Source: Promethearchaeota archaeon Loki_b31 | Lineage (GTDB): Archaea > Asgardarchaeota > Lokiarchaeia > Sigyniarchaeales > SOKP01 | Direction: 5' to 3' | Length of the DNA: 64,000 bases | Assembly: GCA_005222975.1 (NCBI GenBank) | Contig: NJBI01000003.1 | Location: 1 to 64,000, forward strand | In this document: positions 28,146-37,415 of the stretch, one piece after another | Layout: each line of letters starts with the position of its first letter | Numbering within the stretch: the first letter of the stretch is position 1 | Program-made: the position numbers and the translations under genes | The notes under the pieces: generated by a model | What the model was told of the DNA's origin: nothing | Seen by the model: only the letters and a program-made list of their open reading frames with translations | Database searches by the model: none

Positions 28146-28553
28146 TTGATAAAAAAAATGACCGAAATTAAAAAACTTACAAAAATCGCACTAATTGTGA
28201 TCGCTATTGTTTTTTTCATATTTGGGGTCAACCTTACATTTCTATATGATATGACCTTGAATCCTGAGGGCTGGACAAATCCCTATTTCCCCAGATTTTG
28301 GGGGGGACTTTTATTTCTAAGTTCCCTTTTTGCAATTGTAATGCTTCGCAAAAAGGAATGGGAAGAAATTAAATTGACATTTGCGTATTTGTTAGGTACA
28401 ATTATACCGACTTTAATCATTGAAGTTGCTGTATTAGCTGTATTAGGCTCCACTTTTGGATCTCAGACTATTCTACTAGGTTCAAGCACTATAACTATAG
28501 AGTCTGTACTTCTTTTGCTTGGAATTGTCTCTTATATCAAACAGAGAAGCTAA
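28146..28553 (+). CDS. Hypothetical 4-TM membrane protein
   Basis: Four hydrophobic segments. Confidence 0.7.
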   Translation: MIKKMTEIKKLTKIALIVIAIVFFIFGVNLTFLYDMTLNPEGWTNPYFPRFWGGLLFLSSLFAIVMLRKKEWEEIKLTFAYLLGTIIPTLIIEVAVLAVLGSTFGSQTILLGSSTITIESVLLLLGIVSYIKQRS

Positions 28554-28772
28554 ACGCAACAAATGAAAAATTATCTAATTATTTTTTTTTCTTTTTTAGT
28601 TCTTGATTATAGAAGTTTTCATTGAAAAAATATGAATAAATTGACACCCTTTTTTCTTATTAAGACCTTATACATAAGTCGAGATTAATTGATGAAAAAT
28701 AACAAGGGTTAAACATTAAATTTAAAACTATACTTAGCTTAAATTATTCTTAGAAATCAGAATATATGAAAA

Positions 28773-30737
28773 ATGTCTCACTCTGAATTAAATCAATTAT
28801 CACAAGCAGAAGAACTTTTTAATCAAGGTAACCTTGAAGAGGCTCTTGAAATACTAAATGATGAGAGCCATTTTGAGGGGCTTAGTCTTCAGCAAAAAAG
28901 TTATTTTCAGTTTCTTAAGGGATTAATTCTCTTCTACCTTAATAAAGGCGAAGATCTCATTAGTTTAGGCGAGACAATTTATAAAGAAGGTCAAAAATGT
29001 AATGATAAACTCCAATCTCTTGATGGATTATTTTTTATTATTACTGGATTAGCTATAGCTGGTAAATTTGAGGAAGCGTTCAATTTTTTTAAAGAAATTG
29101 AATTAGTAATAAAGTCTATTTCAAATGGGTCTAAAGAAATTATAACTCAAAGAAAAGCTCGTTTAAGTGTAGCAATAGCCTTTGTTGGATTGCATGGTGG
29201 TAAAGTAGATTTGGTTGAGAAGTCTTTAGAGTGGATCTTAGATTCACAAGAAAAATTCGATAAATCATTCGAAATCGTCTGGGCTAATCTTATAATGGCG
29301 AGTTATTTATTGCGAGTAAAAAGCAAGTTTGATCTTTGTAGGGAGCACATCAAAAAAGCATTATCTCTTGCAAAGGAAATTAAATTTAATCACTTCTGGA
29401 TTGCTATGTGTCAACTCTATTTTGGAGGATATTATACATTTATTGGTGAAATGGATAAAAGCTTGAAATATAACATAAAGGCTTTAGAATTATTTAAAAA
29501 GATAAAGAGTAGTTTTAATATTGCCATTCTATTAAATAATATGGGGAATTTATATGGTGAAATGGGTGAATATGAACTTGCTTTGGAACATTTGGAGGAA
29601 AGTATAAATCTTTTAGAGCAGATTCCTCAAGGTTTTTTTTCTATTGAAGGCACTATTGAAAGTTTAATAACCTTAACCGTTGAACATGGAGATAACGAAC
29701 GTGCTCAAAAATACTTTCACCGTTTGGAAGAAATTTATAACCAGAAAAGAAACGATAGAATTGAATTTGGTTACAAATTCGCTAAAGCCGTAATTTTAAA
29801 AACAAGTTCTCGAATCCGAGATAAAGCAAAAGCAGAAGAATTATTCAAAGAAATTGTAGAAACTAAAACTATATTTTTTGATCTTATTATAAAAGCTCAT
29901 ATCCATCTTTGTGACATACTTCTCACGGAATATCGTATAGAGAATAATATTGAGGTACTTAATGAACTTAATTATTATATTTCCAGACTATTGGATATTG
30001 CTGAAAAGCAACATTCATATCTAGTCTTTTGTGAGACCTTCATATTACGAGCCAAAGTAGCTTTAATTAATTTCAATATGAAAACAGCAAGGCGTTATTT
30101 AACTCAAGCTCAAAAAATAGCGGAATCTTATGGTATAAAACGATTAGCAATAAAAATCTCATATGAACATGATGAATTACTTAGGCAAATAAAGAAATGG
30201 GAGAATTTAAAGGAATCAGAAGCGTCTTTATCAGAACGCTGGAAGCTCGCGGGTTTGAACGAGCAAATGGAGTATATGGTAAGGAAACGAATGATTGGAG
30301 TACCAGAGGCATCAGAAGAAAATCCTGTTACAATTTTAATAATAACCGAAGGTGGTACTCAATTATTTTCTCACTCATTTATTGAGGAAAAAGAATTTGA
30401 ATCCTATCTTTTTAGTGGTTTTTTAACAACTATAGATTATTTTATGAAGGAAATGTTTTCTGAAGGTCTTGATCGATTTATTTTTGGGAACTATACTCTC
30501 CTTATGAAATCTGTGGCACCGTTTTTTATCTGTTATATATTTAAAGGTGATTCCTATTATGCTCATCAGAAGATAAATTATTTTGTTGATCACATACAAA
30601 AAGAAGATGATATTTGGCAAAATTTACTTAAATCCTTTCAAATAAACCAGTCTATTCACTTAAAAGATATCCCCTTACTTGAATCCTTAATAACAGAAAC
30701 ATTTATCACTAAAAATGTTGCATTAAATGAATTTTAA
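28773..30737 (+). CDS. TPR-repeat protein with a C-terminal longin-like domain
   Basis: TPRs such as LLNNMGNLYGEMGEYELALEHLEES. C-terminal ILIITEGGTQLFSHSF...LFSGFLTTIDYFMKEMF. Confidence 0.78.
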   Translation: MSHSELNQLSQAEELFNQGNLEEALEILNDESHFEGLSLQQKSYFQFLKGLILFYLNKGEDLISLGETIYKEGQKCNDKLQSLDGLFFIITGLAIAGKFEEAFNFFKEIELVIKSISNGSKEIITQRKARLSVAIAFVGLHGGKVDLVEKSLEWILDSQEKFDKSFEIVWANLIMASYLLRVKSKFDLCREHIKKALSLAKEIKFNHFWIAMCQLYFGGYYTFIGEMDKSLKYNIKALELFKKIKSSFNIAILLNNMGNLYGEMGEYELALEHLEESINLLEQIPQGFFSIEGTIESLITLTVEHGDNERAQKYFHRLEEIYNQKRNDRIEFGYKFAKAVILKTSSRIRDKAKAEELFKEIVETKTIFFDLIIKAHIHLCDILLTEYRIENNIEVLNELNYYISRLLDIAEKQHSYLVFCETFILRAKVALINFNMKTARRYLTQAQKIAESYGIKRLAIKISYEHDELLRQIKKWENLKESEASLSERWKLAGLNEQMEYMVRKRMIGVPEASEENPVTILIITEGGTQLFSHSFIEEKEFESYLFSGFLTTIDYFMKEMFSEGLDRFIFGNYTLLMKSVAPFFICYIFKGDSYYAHQKINYFVDHIQKEDDIWQNLLKSFQINQSIHLKDIPLLESLITETFITKNVALNEF

Positions 30738-30855
30738 TTTCTAAATTAAGGAAATTATATTTTTTAGACTATTCAATTAGTTATAATTTTATATTAGATA
30801 ATATCTAATTTTAGATTATAAAGATAATATAATTTGATAAGTACTTAAGAAATCA

Positions 30856-31404
30856 ATGACTAATTTTGAAGAATTTGGATTTAAGATAACCGTTATTGGG
30901 GACGGAGCGGTTGGTAAAACATCCTTAATTAAGAAATTTACGAAGGGAACTTTTGAGAAGGATTATATCAAAACTATTGGCACCCAATTTTCAAGATTTA
31001 ATAAACAAATTGAAGAAGCTGTAATTAATTTAATATTCTGGGATATTGCTGCTCAAGATGATTTCAATTTTTTACGCCCTTTATTTTACAGAGAAAGCAG
31101 GGCGTGTATTATTGTATGTAGTCTTGAAGAAAATGAACTAGGTGAAGATAGTTTTATCCATATTAAGGATTGGTATAATGAGCTAAAAAAGTATTGTGGG
31201 AACATTCCTGTAGTTCTATTTGCTAACAAAGTTGATTTAGTAGAGGAAAATGATTTAGATATCGATAAAATTCAAAATATTGTAAATAAACACAATTTTC
31301 TTGGCTACTATATAACATCTGCAAAAACAGGACAAGGTGTTATTGACGCATTTAATGCTATTATTAATGAATTATATTATAAATTCAAGGCTTTATCTTC
31401 ATAA
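30856..31404 (+). CDS. Rab/Ras-like small GTPase, paralog of 24631-25188, with variant G3 (DIAAQ)
   Basis: GDGAVGKT, YIKTIG, WDIAAQ, NKVD, TSAK. Confidence 0.92.
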   Translation: MTNFEEFGFKITVIGDGAVGKTSLIKKFTKGTFEKDYIKTIGTQFSRFNKQIEEAVINLIFWDIAAQDDFNFLRPLFYRESRACIIVCSLEENELGEDSFIHIKDWYNELKKYCGNIPVVLFANKVDLVEENDLDIDKIQNIVNKHNFLGYYITSAKTGQGVIDAFNAIINELYYKFKALSS

Positions 31405-31459
31405 TTTTCATTTTTTTACAATTTGTTTTAAATGTTTTAGATGATAAAGTGAGAAATTA

Positions 31460-31813
31460 ATGAATAATGAAGTAAAAATAGAATGGAAAAAATGTAATAA
31501 TTGTGGATTTTTACAGCATCCATCCCATCTTAGATGTTTAAAATGTAAACACGACAAATTTGAAAAAATCGTTGCGATCGGAAACGCTATATTAATAACC
31601 TTTACAATCTTAAAAGCGCCTCCTGCTGAGTTTCGCAATAAACCTTCTTATGCGCTTGGAGTTGTTGAATTTGACAATGGTATAAAAGCCTTGGGACAAA
31701 TTACACCCCAAGATCGTTTAAAAGTTGGGATGAAATTAAAGCCTGTTTATAGAAAAATTTGTGATAATTTAGATGGTAAGGAAGTCTATGATTACGCTTT
31801 CGAACCAATTTAG
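31460..31813 (+). CDS. DUF35 family Zn-ribbon/OB-fold protein (typical thiolase partner)
   Basis: CNNCG...CLKC, then TFT...PP..F..KPSYALGVVEF...GQI...KVGMKLKPV. Confidence 0.9.
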   Translation: MNNEVKIEWKKCNNCGFLQHPSHLRCLKCKHDKFEKIVAIGNAILITFTILKAPPAEFRNKPSYALGVVEFDNGIKALGQITPQDRLKVGMKLKPVYRKICDNLDGKEVYDYAFEPI

Positions 31814-31840
31814 TAACCTAATAAAGAGGTAGTAGAAAAT

Positions 31841-33517
31841 ATGTTCTCTAATGAAGAACTGGAAAAAATTGAACAAGAACGAAAAGAATGGGAAGAAAGG
31901 GTTTTAAATGAGTATATCGAACGAGGAGAAAGAAGAGAAACTTTCGAAACACCTTCAAACATACCTTTAAAACATGTCTATGGCCCCGGTGATCTTAAGA
32001 ATATCGATTATTTAGAAGACCTTGGATTTCCAGGAAATCCCCCCTTTACGAGAGGTGTATATCCAAACATGTATCGTGGAAGAATTTGGACGATGAGACA
32101 ATATGGCGGTTTTGCAGATGCTTCCAAAACAAACGAAAGGTTCAAATATTTAATATCGCAAGGACAAAAAGGACTTTCAATTGCCTTCGATTTGCCAACA
32201 CAGATGGGCTATAATAGTGACAATAAAATCTGTTTAGGAGAAGTAGGAAAGGTTGGTGTAACGGTTAACTCCTTGAGAGATTTTGAACAAGTGTTCGAAG
32301 GGATTCCTTTAGATAAGGTATCAACAAGCATGACTATTAACGCTCCTACTTCAGTGCTTTTAGCAATGTATATCGTTGTAGGCGAGAAACAAGGAATAAA
32401 ACCTGAACAATTAATTGGTACGGTTCAAAATGATATCTTAAAAGAGTATATCGCAAGAGGGACATATATTTATCCTCCTAAACCATCTTTAAGATTAGTA
32501 GCAGATGTAATTGAATATTGTTCCAAAAATTTACCCCGTTTTAATACCATCAGCATTAGTGGGTACCACATGCGAGAAGCGGGATGTAATGCTATTCAAG
32601 AAATTGCCTTTACGATAGCAGACGGTATCGCATATGTTGAAGAAGTCCTTAGTCGGGGAGTTAATATTGACGAATTTGCCCCAAGATTATCTTTCTTTTT
32701 TACAACTCATAATAATTTTTTTGAAGAAATTGCTAAATTAAGGGCAGTTAGAAAGTTATGGGCAAAAATAATGAAGGATAGGTTCCACGCTAAGGATCCA
32801 AATTCAATGAGATTACGATTTCATACTCAAACTGCGGGAGTTACTCTAACGGCTCAACAACCTAACATAAATATTATCAGAGTAACCCTTCAAGCGCTAG
32901 CAGCAATTCTAGGGGGAACGCAATCGCTTCACACCTGTGGTGCAGACGAGGCTTTAGCAATTCCAACAGAAGACTCTGTGAGATTATCCTTAAGAACTCA
33001 ACAAGTTCTTGCTCATGAATCGGGAGTTACCGATGTTGTGGACCCATTAGGGGGTTCTTATTATATTGAGTACTTAACTTCAAAATTAGAAGAAAAAGCT
33101 TTAGAATATATTGAAAAAATTGACGCAATGGGAGGTATATCTATTGCCATTGAGAGCGGATTCATTCAACGGGAAATCCAAAATAATGCATACTATGAAC
33201 AGAAGAAAATAGAAGCGGGAATTAATCAAGTAATTGGTGTAAATATTTATTGTACTGAAGAAGAGTGTAAAATAAAAACCTTTAAACACGATATTGACGA
33301 GGAACAAAAAATTATATTGTCTCTCGGTGAATTAAAAAAAAGTCGAGATGAGACCTTAGTTGAAAAAAAACTAACTGAATTAAAAAAAGTGGCTGAATCT
33401 GCTAAGAACATTATGCCAATCATGATTGAAGTAGTTAAAACCTATGCTACAATAGAAGAGATTTGTAGCGTCTTAAGAGAAGTTTTTGGCGAATATAAAA
33501 GTCCCCAAATATTTTAG
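31841..33517 (+). CDS. Methylmalonyl-CoA mutase, large (substrate-binding) subunit
   Basis: PFTRGVY, RQYGGF, AFDLPTQMG, QNDILKEYIARG, SISGYHMREAG, DPLGGSY. Confidence 0.93.
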   Translation: MFSNEELEKIEQERKEWEERVLNEYIERGERRETFETPSNIPLKHVYGPGDLKNIDYLEDLGFPGNPPFTRGVYPNMYRGRIWTMRQYGGFADASKTNERFKYLISQGQKGLSIAFDLPTQMGYNSDNKICLGEVGKVGVTVNSLRDFEQVFEGIPLDKVSTSMTINAPTSVLLAMYIVVGEKQGIKPEQLIGTVQNDILKEYIARGTYIYPPKPSLRLVADVIEYCSKNLPRFNTISISGYHMREAGCNAIQEIAFTIADGIAYVEEVLSRGVNIDEFAPRLSFFFTTHNNFFEEIAKLRAVRKLWAKIMKDRFHAKDPNSMRLRFHTQTAGVTLTAQQPNINIIRVTLQALAAILGGTQSLHTCGADEALAIPTEDSVRLSLRTQQVLAHESGVTDVVDPLGGSYYIEYLTSKLEEKALEYIEKIDAMGGISIAIESGFIQREIQNNAYYEQKKIEAGINQVIGVNIYCTEEECKIKTFKHDIDEEQKIILSLGELKKSRDETLVEKKLTELKKVAESAKNIMPIMIEVVKTYATIEEICSVLREVFGEYKSPQIF

Positions 33518-33555
33518 GAAATTTATCAAAATACTAAAAAATCTTAAAGATATTC

Positions 33556-35007
33556 TTAACTTTTTAGTTTTCTCTTATAGTTAGTAATTTTAGGTAATAA
33601 AGGAATGAATTCAAGAGGATCTCCAAATACAGGTACTCTCTTTTTTGCTAATAATCTAGAAATGCGATAACTTTCTTCGGGACGGTGGGCTCTCTCTAAA
33701 ATTGGAATTAATGGTTTATTATGTTTATGCCCTAAATATAAAGCCTCAAGCATATTAACTTCAAAGTTCTCAGCTGGTGTTATGGAATACCCGGGATCAA
33801 AATACCAACTTGGAAGGTCCATAATTAGGGCGTCGATTTTTTCATCGGATAAAGCAAGATCAATTATTTCCTTAATGCTTTGGCTGTAAAATAGTTGTGC
33901 TGCTACATCTAAAGGGTTTTTAGAACTTGTACCACGAATAATGAATTTTTTATCCAATTGTTCTTGAATTTTAGGGCTAAATTGAGGTACATTCATTCGG
34001 AATTTTTCAATTAGATCAACTAAGATAACCCCATAACCTCCACTTAAACTGAAAACAGCAATATTTTGTAAATCATTAATTCCGTAGAAGTCTATTAACC
34101 GCGCAGTATGCATCAATTGTTCTAATGTTTCAACTTCAATAAGATTATGTTGTTTGAAAATAGAATTCCAAATTTGAGTATTACCCGAGAGAGATGCTGT
34201 ATGAGTTCTAGCTGCTAGCGCCCCACTTTCGGATTTTCCACCTTTTAAAACAACAATCGGTTTTTTGTTATCAACAAGAACTTGTCTTAAATCAGCTCCT
34301 CGATTTTCTTTAATACCTTCTAAATAACACAAAATCAAGTCAGTTTCATCGTCGTTGCTAAAAAAATGTAAAATGTCTATGAAGTCTAAATCTGCTCCGT
34401 TCCCAAATGAGAACACTTTGGAAAAATGAATGTCCATTTCTTTCGCAGTATAAATAGCAATATTACATACTCCTCCTGATTGGCCTATAAACCCGATATT
34501 TCCAGGAGTCGTTGGGAATTTTGAACGCCAAGCTATGCCTAATTTTGGGTAAAATATTCCCATCCCATTAGGTCCAAGAATTCTAACTTTGTTTTGAGCG
34601 CATTCTATTATTTCTTTCTCTAAACGACGACCATCTTTAGTTCCTGCATCGGAAAACTCTGCTGTAAAGATGTTGACTAATTTAACACCTTTTTCCACGC
34701 AATCGTCGATAACATCTAATACTTGTAACGCGGGCACTGTAATGAAAGCAAAATCAACTTTTCCAGGAATGTCTTTAATAGAAGAATAAACGTTCGCAAC
34801 TGGAAAATTAGGAATTTCTTTAACTTTGGAATGGACAGCATAGAGATCTCCCTTAAAATTTTCTTGGTGATTCCTAAGGAAAAAGAAGTTTCGTTTCTTT
34901 GAAGGGCCTACAACTGCCATTGATTGAATATCGTTAATAAATGAAATATCTTTAACATTTAAGTTAAAAGTTTTAGATGGCGTCATTAATGGTATAAAAT
35001 TAAGCAT
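33556..35007 (-). CDS. Acyl-CoA synthetase (NDP-forming) alpha subunit / CoA-binding protein
   Basis: ILGPNGMG, QSGG, GNGADL, HTASL (phospho-His), SGGYG, NPLD. Confidence 0.88.
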   Translation of the reverse strand: MLNFIPLMTPSKTFNLNVKDISFINDIQSMAVVGPSKKRNFFFLRNHQENFKGDLYAVHSKVKEIPNFPVANVYSSIKDIPGKVDFAFITVPALQVLDVIDDCVEKGVKLVNIFTAEFSDAGTKDGRRLEKEIIECAQNKVRILGPNGMGIFYPKLGIAWRSKFPTTPGNIGFIGQSGGVCNIAIYTAKEMDIHFSKVFSFGNGADLDFIDILHFFSNDDETDLILCYLEGIKENRGADLRQVLVDNKKPIVVLKGGKSESGALAARTHTASLSGNTQIWNSIFKQHNLIEVETLEQLMHTARLIDFYGINDLQNIAVFSLSGGYGVILVDLIEKFRMNVPQFSPKIQEQLDKKFIIRGTSSKNPLDVAAQLFYSQSIKEIIDLALSDEKIDALIMDLPSWYFDPGYSITPAENFEVNMLEALYLGHKHNKPLIPILERAHRPEESYRISRLLAKKRVPVFGDPLEFIPLLPKITNYKRKLKS

Positions 35008-35195
35008 GAATTTAATAGTTTATAAAAATCTAAAAAAGAAAAATTTAAAAAAATTATGTTAAAATAGCGGATAGTCTCTCTAAAAACGAATAATTTAAAA
35101 TTTAAACATTTTTAGGAAAAATTTTCTCTCTGAAATTATATATTTATGTTCTTACTATTTCTATTTTAACAACAAAATTTTTTTTAAATCATAAA

Positions 35196-36128
35196 GTGAA
35201 AACCATTATGATTAGCAAAACCATTTTACATATGATTCACGACTTAAAAACAGATAAAACTTCTGGAGCGAGTGAATTAATAGAAATCGCACTTGAAATT
35301 TTAGAAGCTCAGCTTCATACTATAAAAGATCCTAATATAGATATAAAAGAGGTTATATTTGAAATATCTAAAGAACTATTTAACATTCGCCCAAGTATGG
35401 CTCCTATAATCAATACAATTGGATATTTTATTCATGATTTGGAATTTTTCAGCAAACAAACACTTTTAGAAAAATTAAAGACATTTCCTGCAGAAAGATT
35501 AAGAATAGATAACGCTTTAACTTCCTCGTTTCATTCGTTTTTAGATAGATTTGAAGGGAAAAAACTCAACATAATGTTAATCTCTTACAGTACTACAATT
35601 ATTAAGCATTTGAAAGAAAATATAAAAAACGATTTTACTTTTTATGTTTTAGAATCTCGTCCTTTGCTTGAAGGGCGACGTACCGCCGAAATATTGTCTT
35701 CTAATTTTGAAACACATTTAATAGCAGATTCAGCGATGGGGAAGTTTATCAAAAAAGTTGATATAGTTCTTCTCGGAATTGATAGCGTACTGCGAGATGG
35801 GTCAATAGTAAATAAGATAGGAAGTTATCCTTTAGCATGTATTGCCGCTGCGAATAATAAAGATGTTTACGCTGTTGGGGATTCTTATAAATATAATTTA
35901 AAGAGTCATTATAACCAGAAAGTAATTGTTGAACAAAAGCCAATCTACGAGGTATATTCTAAAAAAATTAAAAAAGAATTGTTTAAAGTCCATAATTTTT
36001 ATTTTGATATAACACCATCTAACTATTTTAAAGAAATAATCTCCGATTTAGGAATATTGACGATGCCCGAGTTTTTGGAGAAAGTCAAAAGTACGCTTCC
36101 ATTAGAATGGTTCAAATCATTTCTTTAA
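35196..36128 (+). CDS. eIF2B alpha/beta/delta family protein
   Basis: RPSMAP, ESRPLLEG, DS..RDGSIVNKIGSY, FDITP. Confidence 0.88.
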   Translation: MKTIMISKTILHMIHDLKTDKTSGASELIEIALEILEAQLHTIKDPNIDIKEVIFEISKELFNIRPSMAPIINTIGYFIHDLEFFSKQTLLEKLKTFPAERLRIDNALTSSFHSFLDRFEGKKLNIMLISYSTTIIKHLKENIKNDFTFYVLESRPLLEGRRTAEILSSNFETHLIADSAMGKFIKKVDIVLLGIDSVLRDGSIVNKIGSYPLACIAAANNKDVYAVGDSYKYNLKSHYNQKVIVEQKPIYEVYSKKIKKELFKVHNFYFDITPSNYFKEIISDLGILTMPEFLEKVKSTLPLEWFKSFL

Positions 36129-36211
36129 AATCCAAGTTCTATTTTTTATTTTTAAACATTTTTGTTGGATAACTATAAATATTTTGTACAAAGAATTTAA
36201 TTTAGGGTACT

Positions 36212-37390
36212 ATGTCAATAGATGAAAATTTAGCTTATGAAATTACTAAAAGATTATCATTTCCTCGATTAGTTGGCTCAGAAGGAGAAAAAAGGGCAAT
36301 CAAAGTAGTCGTAGACGAGTTTGAAAAGATGGGTTATAATACCGTCAATCGCGAGAAATTTAAAACTTCGCTAAACAATTGGAAGAGGATCGAACTTTTA
36401 TTTTTAACTATGGGAATATTATATATCCTTTTAGCGATATCTTATTACAATTTACCAATTTTATCGTTGGTTATCATTACTCTAATTGTAATATGTATAT
36501 TAAAGTTACTTAAGATTTCTGATTCAAATAAGATAAAATTAATGAAGAATGATATCTATAATTTCGAAACTGAAAACATTTATGTAAATTTAAAAAGCAA
36601 GAATTCTTTGGCCAATCTTATCTTTATTGCTCATTACGATTCGAAGTCTCAAGTATACTCATCAATTTTTAGGATTTATTTAATAATGGGCTCAGTTTTT
36701 GGCGGAATAATTCTATTAGTTGTATTTTTCGTCTTAAGCGTTTTAAAGATTATTTTTATGTTTAATAATCTCATCTTGGATAACATCCTTTTGGGCGTCA
36801 GCATAGTAATAGGGATATTAACAATATTAAATTTTTTCAATAAAGTCAGTAATAAATCTCCAGGAGCGACAGATAATGCCACGAGCGTTGGTACAGTTAT
36901 TGCCCTCTCAAAATATTTTAAGAACAATGCTTTAGAAAATATTGATTTTACGTTTTTAATTACGGGTTCTGAAGAACTTAACTTAGGTGGAGCGATTGAT
37001 TTCATCCAGAAACACAAAAATGAATTAGATAAAGACATAACATATTTTATAAACTATGATCTTGTAGGTGCACATGGCGTGCTAAGAAACGTAACATCTC
37101 ACGGAATTCCTAAGAAAACAACCAGTACAAAATTAAACGAGCTATTTAGGAATAGTAGTAAAGATTTAGGGATTGAAATAAAGGAGATATATTTTCCTAT
37201 AGGTGCAGCTGGAGATCATATGCCCATCGTAAACATGGGGTATAAGGCTTGCGTACTTGCTTCCACTGGAAGTATGAAATATGTCCATTCTAAAAAAGAT
37301 ACGATGAGTTTAGTTTCTAAAGAGGGTTTAAATAACATTTTTAGTTTATCAATTGAGGTTGCAAATAGGTTGAATAAAGAATTAACTTAA
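36212..37390 (+). CDS. Membrane-anchored M28 family peptidase
   Basis: AHYDS, GATDNATS, GSEE, DH, and H..KD. Four TM segments. Confidence 0.85.
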   Translation: MSIDENLAYEITKRLSFPRLVGSEGEKRAIKVVVDEFEKMGYNTVNREKFKTSLNNWKRIELLFLTMGILYILLAISYYNLPILSLVIITLIVICILKLLKISDSNKIKLMKNDIYNFETENIYVNLKSKNSLANLIFIAHYDSKSQVYSSIFRIYLIMGSVFGGIILLVVFFVLSVLKIIFMFNNLILDNILLGVSIVIGILTILNFFNKVSNKSPGATDNATSVGTVIALSKYFKNNALENIDFTFLITGSEELNLGGAIDFIQKHKNELDKDITYFINYDLVGAHGVLRNVTSHGIPKKTTSTKLNELFRNSSKDLGIEIKEIYFPIGAAGDHMPIVNMGYKACVLASTGSMKYVHSKKDTMSLVSKEGLNNIFSLSIEVANRLNKELT

Positions 37391-37415
37391 ATTGCTTCTT
37401 TAAGAAATAATTTCT

